Source: Azolla caroliniana (taxonomy: Eukaryota; Plantae; Polypodiophyta). From it: a DNA stretch of 64,000 nucleotides. Under the pieces are notes generated by a model, which saw only the letters and a program-made list of their open reading frames with translations, made no database searches and was not told where the DNA came from. The position numbers and the translations under genes are program-made. The stretch spans positions 16,554,001-16,618,000 of the forward strand of contig JBHGNT010000002.1 of NCBI GenBank assembly GCA_043228905.1, read 5' to 3'. Below are positions 1 through 10,953 of the stretch, piece after piece. Position 1 is the first letter of the stretch; each line of letters starts with the position of its first letter.

Positions 1-199
1 CGTCTCTCGGCGTCGGCTCGCGGCCTCGATCTTTCTTCTTCCTCGAGAATTGCCTCGAGAGCTGCGTACACCTTCGAATCCTGGCCCCGACACCGAGCCT
101 TGCCGACTCTCTTTGCCGTTCGGCCTCTTCCCGCTGTGATGGCACACCGTTGCGCGCCTTCCTCTTAGCCTTCTCAGCTCACTCGTCATCTAGCCGATG

Positions 200-790
200 G
201 CATACCCTTTCGACCTTCGACCAATCCTCCATAAGGCCATTCGCTCCGTCCTCGTCTTCGAGCTCAATCCCGATGGCCCCCCGTTCCGCTTAGTCGATCG
301 ACTTAACGAACAACAGGACTTTTCCGGCCCCCACCAAACTTTGTTCCCGCTCTGGGAGCTGAGCAAGCCGTCGCTCGAACTCTTGGAACGCCTTCATTGC
401 GCCCCGGTGGGTCTTCGCTGATGCAACCCACTGGTCGAAGCCGCGTCGTCCCTGGCTCTTCTGACGTCCTCCATATGCCTGCAGGAGCGCTTCTTCGAAG
501 GCCTCCCACAAACTATGAGCATCTCGGAGCTCCTTCACTTCCGCGTGCATACGGACAACGACGACCCGACAGAAGAACTCCAACCTCAACGCCTCGTCTA
601 CGTCTCGCTCCTCCATTTCCACGTTGTAGGCTTCCAAGTAGAATGGGACCTTGTCCCCATTGAAATGGCTGACTCTTTCGACCACTCACTCAACAGCTTG
701 TTGCGCCGTCTCTCTTCTTGTGGTTGCCCATCCAAACTCCCTCACCGCTTCGACAAAAAGTTGCGCGAAGTCGTCTTCTTCCAACTCCAT
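200..790 (-). pseudogene. Retrotransposon gag-like remnant with premature stops
   Basis: ATG at 790, stop at 686-688, ORF 290-685 (HFNGDKVPFYLEAY...WEAFEEALLQAY); lower boundary approximate. Confidence 0.65.
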
Positions 791-806
791 TCTCCCTTGC
801 CGCCCT

Positions 807-824
807 TTCACGTCGGGTTCACCA
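807..824 (-). promoter_or_regulatory. Primer-binding site complementary to the tRNA-Trp 3' end
   Basis: Plus strand reads TTCACGTCGGGTTCACCA, matching the plant cytosolic tRNA-Trp 3' end as I recall it; lies 4 nt from the LTR edge at 829. Confidence 0.8.
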
Positions 825-2443
825 AATATGTCGCGGTATTCGGTGGGTACGTGTAGGAAGGGGCAGGACCACGGGGGTCTCAGACGAGGAAGAGATGGGC
901 GTCGAGAAGCCAACTTCTCTCCAATCCCGGCTGCACTGGTTGTGGCGCAGACAAGAGCGATTTTGGATGCGTACCGGCGGCTACCGAACACGGAGAGGAA
1001 GAGAGAGAGAGAGACCACGCGCGCAACACCGACTCAACACACACCTCCTAGGTACAAGAAACATAAGGGGTGGAGACACCCGACACTACTAGAGACGCGG
1101 ATGCGCACAACCAAACATATATGTATATATTACAATGAGAGATACAACCCCGACTTCGAGTCGGACCAAGGTAGGGTAGGGTGCAATTGGCAGTCTACTG
1201 CCAAGCCGCCGAACGGGGAGCTCTCGGGCTCGTCGCGCTGAGCGGGGTCTTGCACAGGGGGGGCTGAACAGAAGCAAACCCTAAACATACATGAACTCTC
1301 AACCCACACGACGACGATGACGAAGTAGAAGAAGAAACTACCTAGTTAAAACCACCTAACCCTAATCTAACGGTATACCCCTAACGCAAAATGGGCAACC
1401 CTTTTACAAAGGGCGCTCCCTTCCTTTTATAGAACAAGGAGAGGGATGCATAACAATGTGGAATAAATCCCTTATTACATGGGATCCTCTATCCTTACTT
1501 AACTCCTATTATTCACACGTTTTTACAAGGGTAAGTGCACATGGTGCACTCCGCCGATTCTTCCGATATTCCCCGGTTTCTCACTATGGCCCGGAATCTT
1601 CACGACAACGGGAAATGGAGAGGAAGATCAAGTTCTTATGGTCGAATGGCGAAAAAGAATATTTTTCCAGCCAATTCAATAGTTATCTGCAGTAGAATGG
1701 AATTCAGAGAGAATTCAATTGTAGATACAAACCGGAGCAAAACGGTGTGGCCGAAAGGAAGAACCGGTCGATTGTCGACGCGGCAAGGGCAATGTTGGAG
1801 GAGAAGAGCATGCCCCATTTCTACTAGGCTGAGGCGGTCTGGATGGCCATCTACATCCAAAACCGGATCGGTGAGAAGGTGTCAGCACACGAGCTGTATT
1901 TCGGGCGCAAGACGAATTTGAGACACCTTCGGATATTTGGTAGCATAGCATATGTGCATGTACCAGATGAGAAGCGGAGGAAGCTAGATCCAAAGTCGGA
2001 GAAGTGCGTCCTAGTCAGCTACTCGCATGAGCAAAAGGGGTATAAGTGCTATAACCCCCGGACTAAGAAGGTCCGAGTAAGCCGAGATGTCGAGTTTGAT
2101 GAGATGGCATCATGGTACTCCTTACCGACTCCAACTCCCGACGAAGACCCGATTCCGGAAGACGAGGCTAGTGAGCCCGAGGAGGTCCAGGTAGAAGATG
2201 AAGATTTCGGCACTCTAGAAGAGAGTCCGATCTAATTCCGGCTCAGTGGACCGAATGAGCGGTTGAGTCGAGATTACTAGTTGGATGAAGAACCGGCAAG
2301 TAGTGGAGACTCTATCGTGCTCTCCCCGAGCAAGGAACCGAGGAGATGGTTCACGCGCAAAGAGAAGGGGAAGAAGAAGATGCCAAAATACGAAGCTGGC
2401 AACGTTGAGTCGGATCGGAGTGCATCTGACTCCGGAAAGGATG

Positions 2444-2914
2444 TGTCAAGACTGAGAGAGAGAAAGAGAGAGAAAAAGAGATAGAGAGATAATTGAAAGA
2501 GAATTATTATATTGAAGCGTAAAATGGATTACAAAGAGTAGGCTACAAAATGGCGTTGAACCAATTTAGGTTTGGGATGGGTGGTACATCCCTATTTATA
2601 AGTAATAGAGAACTCTCTAGAATATTCTAGGTTATCCTAGAATGTAGAGTAATCTAGAAGATCTCTAGAGTATTCTAGAAGGTTCTAGTGGTATAGAACA
2701 CTCTAGAATATTCTAGGTCATTCTAGAATGTAGAGTAATATAGAATATTCCTATGATATTAGATTTCATATTCTAGAGACTATACATATAAGAATATTAA
2801 TACAATGGTTAAGGATTTGACATGTGTACAACAAGGTCGTGGGTTCAAATCCTTTCGAGTCATAATGTGAGTGTCATGATCCTTTCGATGCATGATGTGA
2901 CTGTTATCATGACA
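2444..2914 (-). repeat. 3' LTR of the chromovirus
   Basis: Direct repeat of 7750-8220; TG...CA ends; PPT adjacent. Confidence 0.97.
2791..2862 (+). other. Degenerate tRNA-like cassette with Pol III A and B boxes inside the LTR (copy at 8097-8168)
   Basis: TAATACAATGG at 2798 and GGTTCAAATCC at 2842, tRNA-like spacing; acceptor and anticodon stems are poor. Confidence 0.55.
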
Positions 2915-5900
2915 CTATCCCCCTTCTTCGACGACACGTCTCACGGGTCGTAGGGTTTGTATTAGGACCTGGTTTACAAGGATATTGGCGATGAAATGCA
3001 TTGACGAGTTCTGCAGCATTGGAAAGATTTGTGGCAGGTTCCCAAGTTCGATCATTGGGGGTATAGCCTAGCCAATCGACCAAGTAATACAACTTGTTGC
3101 GCACGATTTTAGAATCGAGAACGGCAGCAACTTCAAATTCAGGCCCGTCCAAGAACTCGACAGGTGGTGGGGGTGTTGTAAGACGGCCCGGAATTGAACT
3201 TGTAGTATAAGGTTCCAAAAGGGATACATGAAACACCGGATGAAGATGCATGTGCGGAGGGAGGTCAAGACGAAATGCAACATCACTTATCTTACCAGTG
3301 ATCATGTAAGGGCCAAAACGTTGGTAGTCCAATTTACTGCAAGGTCGAGTGGTCTTGATGTTGTGTTGGAGAAGCCATACATGATCCCCAATGTGGAACT
3401 TTTTTGAGGAATCTAGACGATGACGATCGGCAAGCCTCTTGTGTGTAAATTGAGCATCATGCAAATTGTGGAGAATGTTAGCTTGAATTTCTTGGAGGCG
3501 ACTAAGACGATCCTTGGCAGCAGGGTTGGTAGGAACTTCTGGATGCGCATTCATCGTCCATCGAGGATGACAGCCCGTATTTGCGAAAAATGGGGAATAT
3601 CCTGTAGAAGAATGGGCTGAGTTGTTGTAAGCGAATTCCGCCAAGTGCAAAAATGCAACCCAATCATCTTGTTGATAGTTGATGAAACAACGAAGATATT
3701 GTTCCAATGTCTGGTTGGTACGCTCTGTTTGGTTCAGGATGATAGCCCGAAGAAAGCTTAACTGAAATGTGGAGAAGTTTGAACAGGTGCTTCCAAAACT
3801 TTGAGATGAATTGTGGACCACGATCACTAATAATATCATCTGGCAGACCATGATGCTTAAATACCTCCCGCATAACGAGATCAGCCGTCTCTTGACTAGT
3901 AATCGACTTTGTACATGGCAAGAAATGTGCCATTTTGGTAAATCGATCAACAACTGTGAGAATTGCATCAAAACCTTTTGAAACTGGGAGATCAGTAATG
4001 AAGTCCAAGGATATAGACTTCCAAGGTGTTTCCGGAATGGGAAGTGGTTGTAGTAAGCCATAGGGTCGGTGACGAGGATTCTTTGATCGACAACATATAT
4101 CACAACTCCGAACATACTCCTCAACAAAATGACGAAGGCGAGGCCACCAATAGCGTCGAGAAATTAATTCTAGAGTCTTGTGAACTCCAAAATGACCAGC
4201 CATTGGTGAGTCATGGCAATGTTGCAAAACTTGTAGCCGTGGGGGACCATCAGGAACATACAATAAATTTTGTCGAAATAGAAAACCATCATGCCAATAG
4301 AACTGACAATAGTCATTACGAGGATTTTTCGACTGTGAGCAAGAAGCACGATCCAGGACGATATGATCCAAAACATCCTTGGCGAAATCATCAGTGGCCA
4401 TATGATCTCGAATGGAATCAAGAAGAGTGGAATTTTCAAGAGCTGTTATGGCGTTAACTACCATTAATCGTAATCGATTAGGACCCAAAAGGATTTGTTT
4501 TTGATGCTCAAAAGCAGGTTCCCCTGGACGAAGTTCCATATAAGAGCGCCGAGAAAGAGCATCTGCTTTGCCTTGCTGCATCCCAGGGCGATATATGATG
4601 ATAAAGTCGAAGTGAGTCAAAAATTGCGCCCACCGGGCTTGTCGCCGACTCAAGACCCGAGCATTTTGGAAATAAGTCAGGTTCTTATGATCATTGTAGA
4701 CAATGATCTGCTGAGAAGAACCTTCTAGGAAATGTCGCCATTGTTGAAACGAATCCACGATTGCAAGAAGCTCTTTGTCATGGATCTCGTAGTTGATCTC
4801 TGCAGCTTCAAACTTTCGTGAATGAAAGGCGACAGGGTGTAGTTGTCCATCATCTCCAGTCTGCGAGAGGACACTCCCTAGTGCAAAATCGGATGCATCG
4901 GCTTCGAGGATGAAGCGTTTTGTTGGGTCGACATGTGCTAAGATAGGTGCCGTTGTAAATGCTCGTTTTAAGCTTTCGAATGCCTCGGATGCATCTGAAC
5001 TCCATATAAATGGTTGATCTTTATGTGTGAGCTGAGTAAGCGGAAGCACAACCTTGGAATAATCTTTAATAAATTTTCGATAAAAATTTGCAAACCCGAG
5101 AAAACATTGCACATCACGCACTGAAAGGGGCGTTTGCCACTCTAAAATTGCCTGTACCTTCATGGGGTCCATAGCAATACCATTTGACGATACAACATAC
5201 CCCAAAAATTCCACTTGATTCTGGCCGAAACTACACTTTTCTAATTTTGCGTAGAGACCATATTCTCGGAGTCGGCACAGTACTTGACGAACATGTGCAT
5301 CATGCTCCTCTTGGGTCTTTGAGTAGATTAAAATATCATCTAGGTAAACTATAGTGAAGATATCAAGAAAATCTCGAAAAATATCGTTCGCCATATGTTG
5401 GAAAACAGCAGGTGCATTCGTGAGACCAAATGGCATCACTGTATACTCAAAATGTCCATAGCGAGTGCGGAAAGCTGTCTTCCATTCATCCCCCGGGCGA
5501 ATCCGAACTAGATTATATGCTCCGCGAAGGTCCAACTTCGTGAAATATTTTGCACCACTGAGACGTTCCAAAAGATTCGGGATTAATGGTAGAGCATATC
5601 TATTTCGGATAGTCACTTTGTTTAGCCCTCGATAATCCACGACCAACCGAAGAGTCCCATTCTTCTTCTTAACGAAGAAGATAGGTGCACCAGCAGGGGA
5701 TCTAGAATGCCGAATGAATCCGTTTGCCAGATTCTCATCAATATATTCCCGCAAAGTCTCTAGCTCTACAGGGGAGAGATTATAAATTGGGCCCCATGGA
5801 GGTTCTTTCCCTGGTTGTAAGTCAATAGGGCAGTCGTATGGCCGATGCTCCGGCAATGTATTGGCCTTCACCTTATCAAAGACATCTGAAAACTCCTTGT

Positions 5901-6549
5901 ATTTCTCTGGTAGTTTAATATCCGCGTCACGTGAAGTGGATGATGGAGTTGCTACTATCGCGAAGACGAACATGGCCTCGTTCCCCCCTTCCTCCCGCAA
6001 CTGTCGTAAAGAGATGGGCGATAACTCCGGGGATCTATTAGCACATGTAGGAGAGAGGGATGCGGGATTTGTGCTTTTTTCCCGAGTCTCCTCAATTGTT
6101 CTTTTCATCCAATCAATCTTCGGGTTATGGAGTTCAAACCAGGGGAGACCTAGAACTATTGGGTGGTCCGGACTAAGAATAATATTGAAAGAGATTATGC
6201 TTGCCAAATTGCCAAGAACTATCCTAATTGGCTCGGACTCCTCGACTATATCTCCTGATGCTATGGGACGTCCATCGATGACTCCTACGGCTACTGGGTT
6301 GGGAAGCTTATTCAAGAGGATGTTTTGTGACAAGGCAAATTCACGATCCATGAAACAAGAGTTGGCTCCAGAATCTAGAAGGGCAGAGGCTAGGACTCGA
6401 TGACATGTAGATGTGGTAAGCTCGACTTGTGCTGAAAAAACTCGACTCACTTCATTTGATGAAATGGAACCACGACTAGGAACTAACTCTACATAGCTAG
6501 GATGGTCCAGCCAAATGGCTCCTATTTTGGCCGGACTTACTCGTTTAAC
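2907..6549 (-). CDS. pol: Pol polyprotein (PR-RT-RNase H-INT-chromodomain) in the -1 frame relative to gag; one frameshifting deletion in integrase near 3733
   Basis: LLDSGA (PR); YLDD (RT); DASDFALG and ELLAI (RH); HHCC zinc finger, SLDFIT and SDRG (INT); GPY motif; chromodomain EFEVAAVLDS...YLVDWLGY...TWEP; split across ORFs 3664-6450 and 2907-4127. Confidence 0.92.
6505..6549 (-). promoter_or_regulatory. Putative -1 programmed ribosomal frameshift signal
   Basis: G_UUA_AAC slippery heptamer, 6-nt spacer, 11-bp stem GTCCGGCCAAA/TTTGGCTGGAC; the -1 frame is open from here into pol. Confidence 0.75.
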
Positions 6550-7661
6550 ACATCCTCTAATTGACTCAAGACATCGAATCTGTTCTCATGACATGGACTA
6601 TGAGGCTTATTTATGTTATTAGAAGTAACAATAGAACTCGAGGTAGGGTTTTCATGGGCACTTACTTGGTATACTTGACGCCTAGGTTTATGTGGACAAT
6701 TTACAGCTATATGTCCTGGACCACCACAATACAGGCAGAGGCGATGCGCTCGACGTCGTTGCTTCTCAGCATCTGATAACGGCCCACGACGTTGTGTTGA
6801 CTCTATTTCCATCGGAGTTGGGCCATCCCTTGTAATGGGTCTAGAAACTTGTGGAGGCGTTGCGACTACGGAAGCGTAAGTCTGTTCAGGTTGGCGGCGT
6901 AACATTTGTTGGCGCTCAGAACGTCGCTCAAATAGGCGATTATCACATCGCACAGCTCGACTAATGGCTTCTGTAAGTGAGTTCGGATCTTCAGGGAAAG
7001 TAAGAAGAAGATCTTTGACATCATTTCTCAAACCTTGACGGAATTGATCCATTAAAGCTGCCTCATCCCAAGGGATATCGCATGCCAAGAGACGGAAATC
7101 GGCTGCATAAGACGACGCGGGACGATCTCCTTGTCGGAGCCTTCGAATCTTGTTTATCGCTGTCCTAGTGCTGTCGGTGTCTCCGAAACTAGCTTGAAAC
7201 TCTTTAACAAAGGCCTCGAAATCCTCCAGCAATGGTGATTTCTTCTCGAGAAGTGGTGCGAACCATGCTAACGCCGTACCGCATAGCAAAGTTCCCACTA
7301 ATCCCACACGAGCAGCATCAGTTGGATACCGATTGGGATGTAGCTGAATAACTAAACGAACTTGATTCAAAAAGCCTCGAAATAAAGACCTCGTACCATC
7401 AAACTTGGCAGGGAGGCTGATCTTTGGCTCTCTAGGGGAGTTCTGAGCCCCGGACGCTTGCTCTCGTAATGACAATATAGTCGCCTCAAGTTGATGAACC
7501 CGTTGTGATAACTCTTCATATTGTTGAGCTTTTTCGGCGCTCACGTGTTGTAGATCTCCAAGTAGCCTCTGATTCTCGTGCTCTAATGCCACAAATTTAT
7601 TCGTGAGCATGTCGAGCTCAGAAAGAACACGCATGTATTCTTGTTTGCTCACGGACTCCAT
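6537..7661 (-). CDS. gag: Gag (PEG10/RTL-like capsid domain plus CCHC zinc knuckle), 374 aa, intact
   Basis: PKISLPAKFDGTR...GTALAWF, LRQGDRPASSYAADFR, PTPMEI, CLYCGGPGHIAVNC. Confidence 0.93.
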   Translation of the reverse strand: MESVSKQEYMRVLSELDMLTNKFVALEHENQRLLGDLQHVSAEKAQQYEELSQRVHQLEATILSLREQASGAQNSPREPKISLPAKFDGTRSLFRGFLNQVRLVIQLHPNRYPTDAARVGLVGTLLCGTALAWFAPLLEKKSPLLEDFEAFVKEFQASFGDTDSTRTAINKIRRLRQGDRPASSYAADFRLLACDIPWDEAALMDQFRQGLRNDVKDLLLTFPEDPNSLTEAISRAVRCDNRLFERRSERQQMLRRQPEQTYASVVATPPQVSRPITRDGPTPMEIESTQRRGPLSDAEKQRRRAHRLCLYCGGPGHIAVNCPHKPRRQVYQVSAHENPTSSSIVTSNNINKPHSPCHENRFDVLSQLEDVLNE

Positions 7662-7735
7662 AGCTTATGAGGGGAGAGGAGAAGGAAGAAGAGAACTTGT
7701 TAGGGTTTGTGGAAGACGAAGAGATGAAAGGAAAA

Positions 7736-7747
7736 AAATTGGTTCAA
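7736..7747 (-). promoter_or_regulatory. Self-priming PBS (Tf1 type)
   Basis: TTGAACCAATTT lies 2 nt after the 5' LTR and is complementary to LTR 7862-7873 at the predicted transcription start; no tRNA-type TGG PBS is present. Confidence 0.75.
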
Positions 7748-7749
7748 AC

Positions 7750-8220
7750 TGTCAAGACTGAGAGAGAGAAAGAGAGAGAAAAAGAGATAGAGAGATAATT
7801 GAAAGAGAATTATTATATTGAAGCGTAAAATGGATTACAAAGAGTAGGCTACAAAATGGCGTTGAACCAATTTAGGTTTGGGATGGGTGGTACATCCCTA
7901 TTTATAAGTAATAGAGAACTCTCTAGAATATTCTAGGTTATCCTAGAATGTAGAGTAATCTAGAAGATCTCTAGAGTATTCTAGAAGGTTCTAGTGGTAT
8001 AGAACACTCTAGAATATTCTAGGTCATTCTAGAATGTAGAGTAATATAGAATATTCCTATGATATTAGATTTCATATTCTAGAGACTATACATATAAGAA
8101 TATTAATACAATGGTTAAGGATTTGACATGTGTACAACAAGGTCGTGGGTTCAAATCCTTTCGAGTCATAATGTGAGTGTCATGATCCTTTCGATGCATG
8201 ATGTGACTGTTATCATGACA
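7750..8220 (-). repeat. 5' LTR of the chromovirus
   Basis: Direct repeat of 2444-2914; TATAAATA on the minus strand at 7899-7906. Confidence 0.97.
7914..8085. promoter_or_regulatory. Heat-shock-element-like array in LTR U3 (copy at 2608-2779)
   Basis: Repeated TTCTAGAA/GAATATTC units including a perfect aTTCtaGAAggTTCt (7978-7992; 2672-2686), directly upstream of the TATA box. Confidence 0.65.
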
Positions 8221-10953
8221 GGATGAAGGTGGATCCTTGGGAACGAAGTCCGAACCGGCCAAGAAGGGCCTCAAACCGGGTGATACCAAGTTACGCCGGT
8301 CTTCCCGCCTGAAGAACCCTGTTACGCGGTACGGGTACAATGAGTACATGGCGCATCACTATGTGTACATGACCAAAGCGGCGGAAGTGCGTGAGCTGGA
8401 GAGTTATGCAGAAGCAGCAAAGGACGCAAATTGGTGTGCCGCTATGGAAGAAGAAATGCGGGCACTCGATGCCAACGACACATGGGACCTCGTTGACCCT
8501 CCCCGACACTGTAAACCGATCGGTGGCAAATGGGTGTACAAGGTCAAGTACAATGCCGACGGTTCGCTTAACTAGTACAAGGCCTGGTTAGTGGCGAAGG
8601 GATACACACAGACCCACAGAATCGATTACGACGAGACCTTCGCTCCGGTAGCGAAGATGACGACGGTTCGTGTAGTATTGGTGGTTGTTGCGGCAAGGGG
8701 GTGGCATCTTCACCAAATGGACGTGAAGAATACGTTTCTTCAAGGTGCCCTTGAAGGACGGTTCTACATGATCCAACCTCCCAGTTTTCAGTCGGAGATG
8801 AACAAGTCGGCAATGTGCCGGCTTAAGAAGTCACTTTATGGTCTGAAACAAGCCCCCGAGCTTGGAATTTGAAGATTACGCACCGGTTGCGTAAGATGGG
8901 GTTTGTGACCTCTAAATCTGACTCATCATTATTCATTTGGCAAGGTCCGGATGGTTCGATTTGCATCTTGCTTTATGTAGATGATTTGGTCATCACCGGT
9001 CCCGGACTCAATGAAATCGGCTGAGTGAAGTCCCAACTGTCGAACGCATTTGAAATGAAGGACCTGGGGGATCTTCATTATTTTCTTGGGATCGAGGTGA
9101 TCTGAACCCCCGACGGCATATTGCTCTCACAACAACACTATGTGTTGAATATGTTGTGCAGGTTCGGCATGACGGAATGCCGACCTGTCTCCATACCCCT
9201 AGACCAGAACTAACAGGCTTGTCCCAACTCCGGACCGGCCTGCGATGAGAAACGATTCCGACAAATTGTCGGAAGCCTCATGTACCTGACAATCACTCGA
9301 CCCGACCTCAGTTACCCGGTCAGAGTGATCAGCCAGTTCATGCAGAAGCCGACCGTCGAGCACCTTCAGTGCGCACACCGGATACTCCGGTATGTTAGCG
9401 GCACGAAGGATCGGGGACTGTTATACTGACACGATATAGTTGGGAAGCTAGTCGGATATACCGATGCCGACTGGGCTAGTGATGCATCGGATCGCCGATC
9501 CACCTCCGGTTACATGTTTTCTCTAGGTAGCGCGGTTGTTGCATGGAGCAGCAAAAAGCAACCAACAGTGGCTCTGTCGAGCACTAAGGCTGAATACCGG
9601 GGCGCTACCAATGCCACCTGTGAAGCCATCTGGCTTTGGCGACTACTGCAAGACCTGCGGATTGAGGTACCGATCCCGATCCTGATCTACAGTGACAACA
9701 TGAGCAGCATTCAGCTCGCCAAGAACCCCGTGTTCCATGCTCGGACAAAGCACATAGAAGTGCATTATCACTTTGTGCGTGAGCGGGTTTTGAGCGGTGA
9801 AGTTGAACTTTGCTATGTTCAGACGGATCGACAAGTTGCCGATATCTTCACCAAACCGCTCGGATCGGACAAGTTGTAGCACTTCACCAAAATGCTTGGT
9901 GTTCAGCATCTCGACGTGTTGCACTTGAGGGGGAGAAAAGGAAAGGGAACGGATGGCACCAGACAAGGGGCCAGAGAGGAAGAAAGAACCAACAAAGGGG
10001 GAGACGAGGAAAAAGGAAGCCAAGTCGACGAAGGAAGTTGACACATCCGAACAAGTCGAAACGAGCAGCAGCGGCGCAAGAGTCAAGAAGGACAAAGCCG
10101 ACTGGAAGGAGAAGGCCAAGACCCAGACATGGTCTGATATGGTGAAGGGCCTAAAACCGGAAGACAAGTTGGAGAACACCGACTCGGACAAGAGCGAGAA
10201 CGAATTAGAGACAGCCGATTCGCTTCAACTGATGGATTCAAAGAAGCCGGATCAACTAAAGGCCAAGCGGACATGAACACAACGGAAGTCAACACCAACA
10301 CGGATGAACCGACGGGTCGACAAGCGCTGGAGTCACAACAGCGAGGGAGCTAAAATGGGCCTGTTGAGCAGACAAGCCGACCAAGGAGGACGAGGCACAC
10401 AGTACCGAACGGGTCGCAGAAAGCAGAACTGGACCGGATGAGGAGAGCAAGCAAGGCGTGACGACACCAGAAGGAGTCTGGTGGAAGGACCGGTTGCCAC
10501 GGACACTAACACCACGATCCGACCTCAAGTTGAGCTTTAGGGGGAGTGTTGAGCGAGCAAGCTCAACCGTATCTGGAAGGATGAGCCGGATCGGTATCCG
10601 AAAACAACCGCCGAATCGGGGAGACGGATCAGAGAGCCGGATTCGAGCGAGAACCGAAAGCCTAGTAATAGCCTAGACTACTAGGTAATCATTGTCTCGT
10701 AGTTAGTGTCAGTCGCACATAGGAACATTGGAGTACTTGTTAGTCCTTTATGGACTTGTATAAATAGTGTTGTTTAGCACATTGTATGTACAGAGTTTTA
10801 GAGTAATTTTTTAATAGAGTTTATGTTCTGCTCTCTCTGTCTCTCCCGTATATACTCTCTGTGTTAAGCTTCTCCATTAAACCTTCACCTCACTTTCTAT
10901 TACTATCTGGTTGAGCCAGTTCTGTCTTATGCTTCCGCACATTAACATTTACA

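Larger units (their letters stand above)
1..1607 (-). mobile_element. Ty3/gypsy-like LTR retrotransposon, 5' portion (LTR 829-1607, PBS, decayed gag); runs off the left edge and is inserted into the integrase of copia A
   Basis: TGTCG...CGACA-bounded segment 829-1607; tRNA-Trp PBS just inside it; gag-like ORF 290-685 homologous to ORF 63330-63908 (W-x-x-FEEAL, FDQWVAS, DKVL-F motifs); copia integrase sequence resumes at 1608. Confidence 0.8.
2444..8220 (-). mobile_element. Full-length, very young Ty3/gypsy chromovirus (Tcn1-like)
   Basis: Two 471-bp LTRs (TGTCA...TGACA) identical by eye; 5-bp TSD GGATG (2439-2443 and 8221-8225); gag, PR, RT, RH, INT and chromodomain in order; PPT at 2915-2929. 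Confidence 0.97.
1608..10953 (+). mobile_element. Ty1/copia element A (integrase-RT-RNase H, decayed) with 3' LTR 10547-10953; interrupted by the chromovirus at 2444-8220
   Basis: LRIFGSIAYVHVPDEKRRKLDPKSEKC; RT KWVYKVK, DYDETFAPVAKM, QMDVKN, LYGLKQAP, YVDD; RNase [28 protein letters not shown]; PPT AGGGGGAG followed by TGTTG...TTTACA. Confidence 0.92.

Noticed and set aside
2791-2862. Functional tRNA genes here and at 62882-62951
   Set aside because: Acceptor and anticodon stems do not pair; reported only as tRNA-like A/B-box cassettes.
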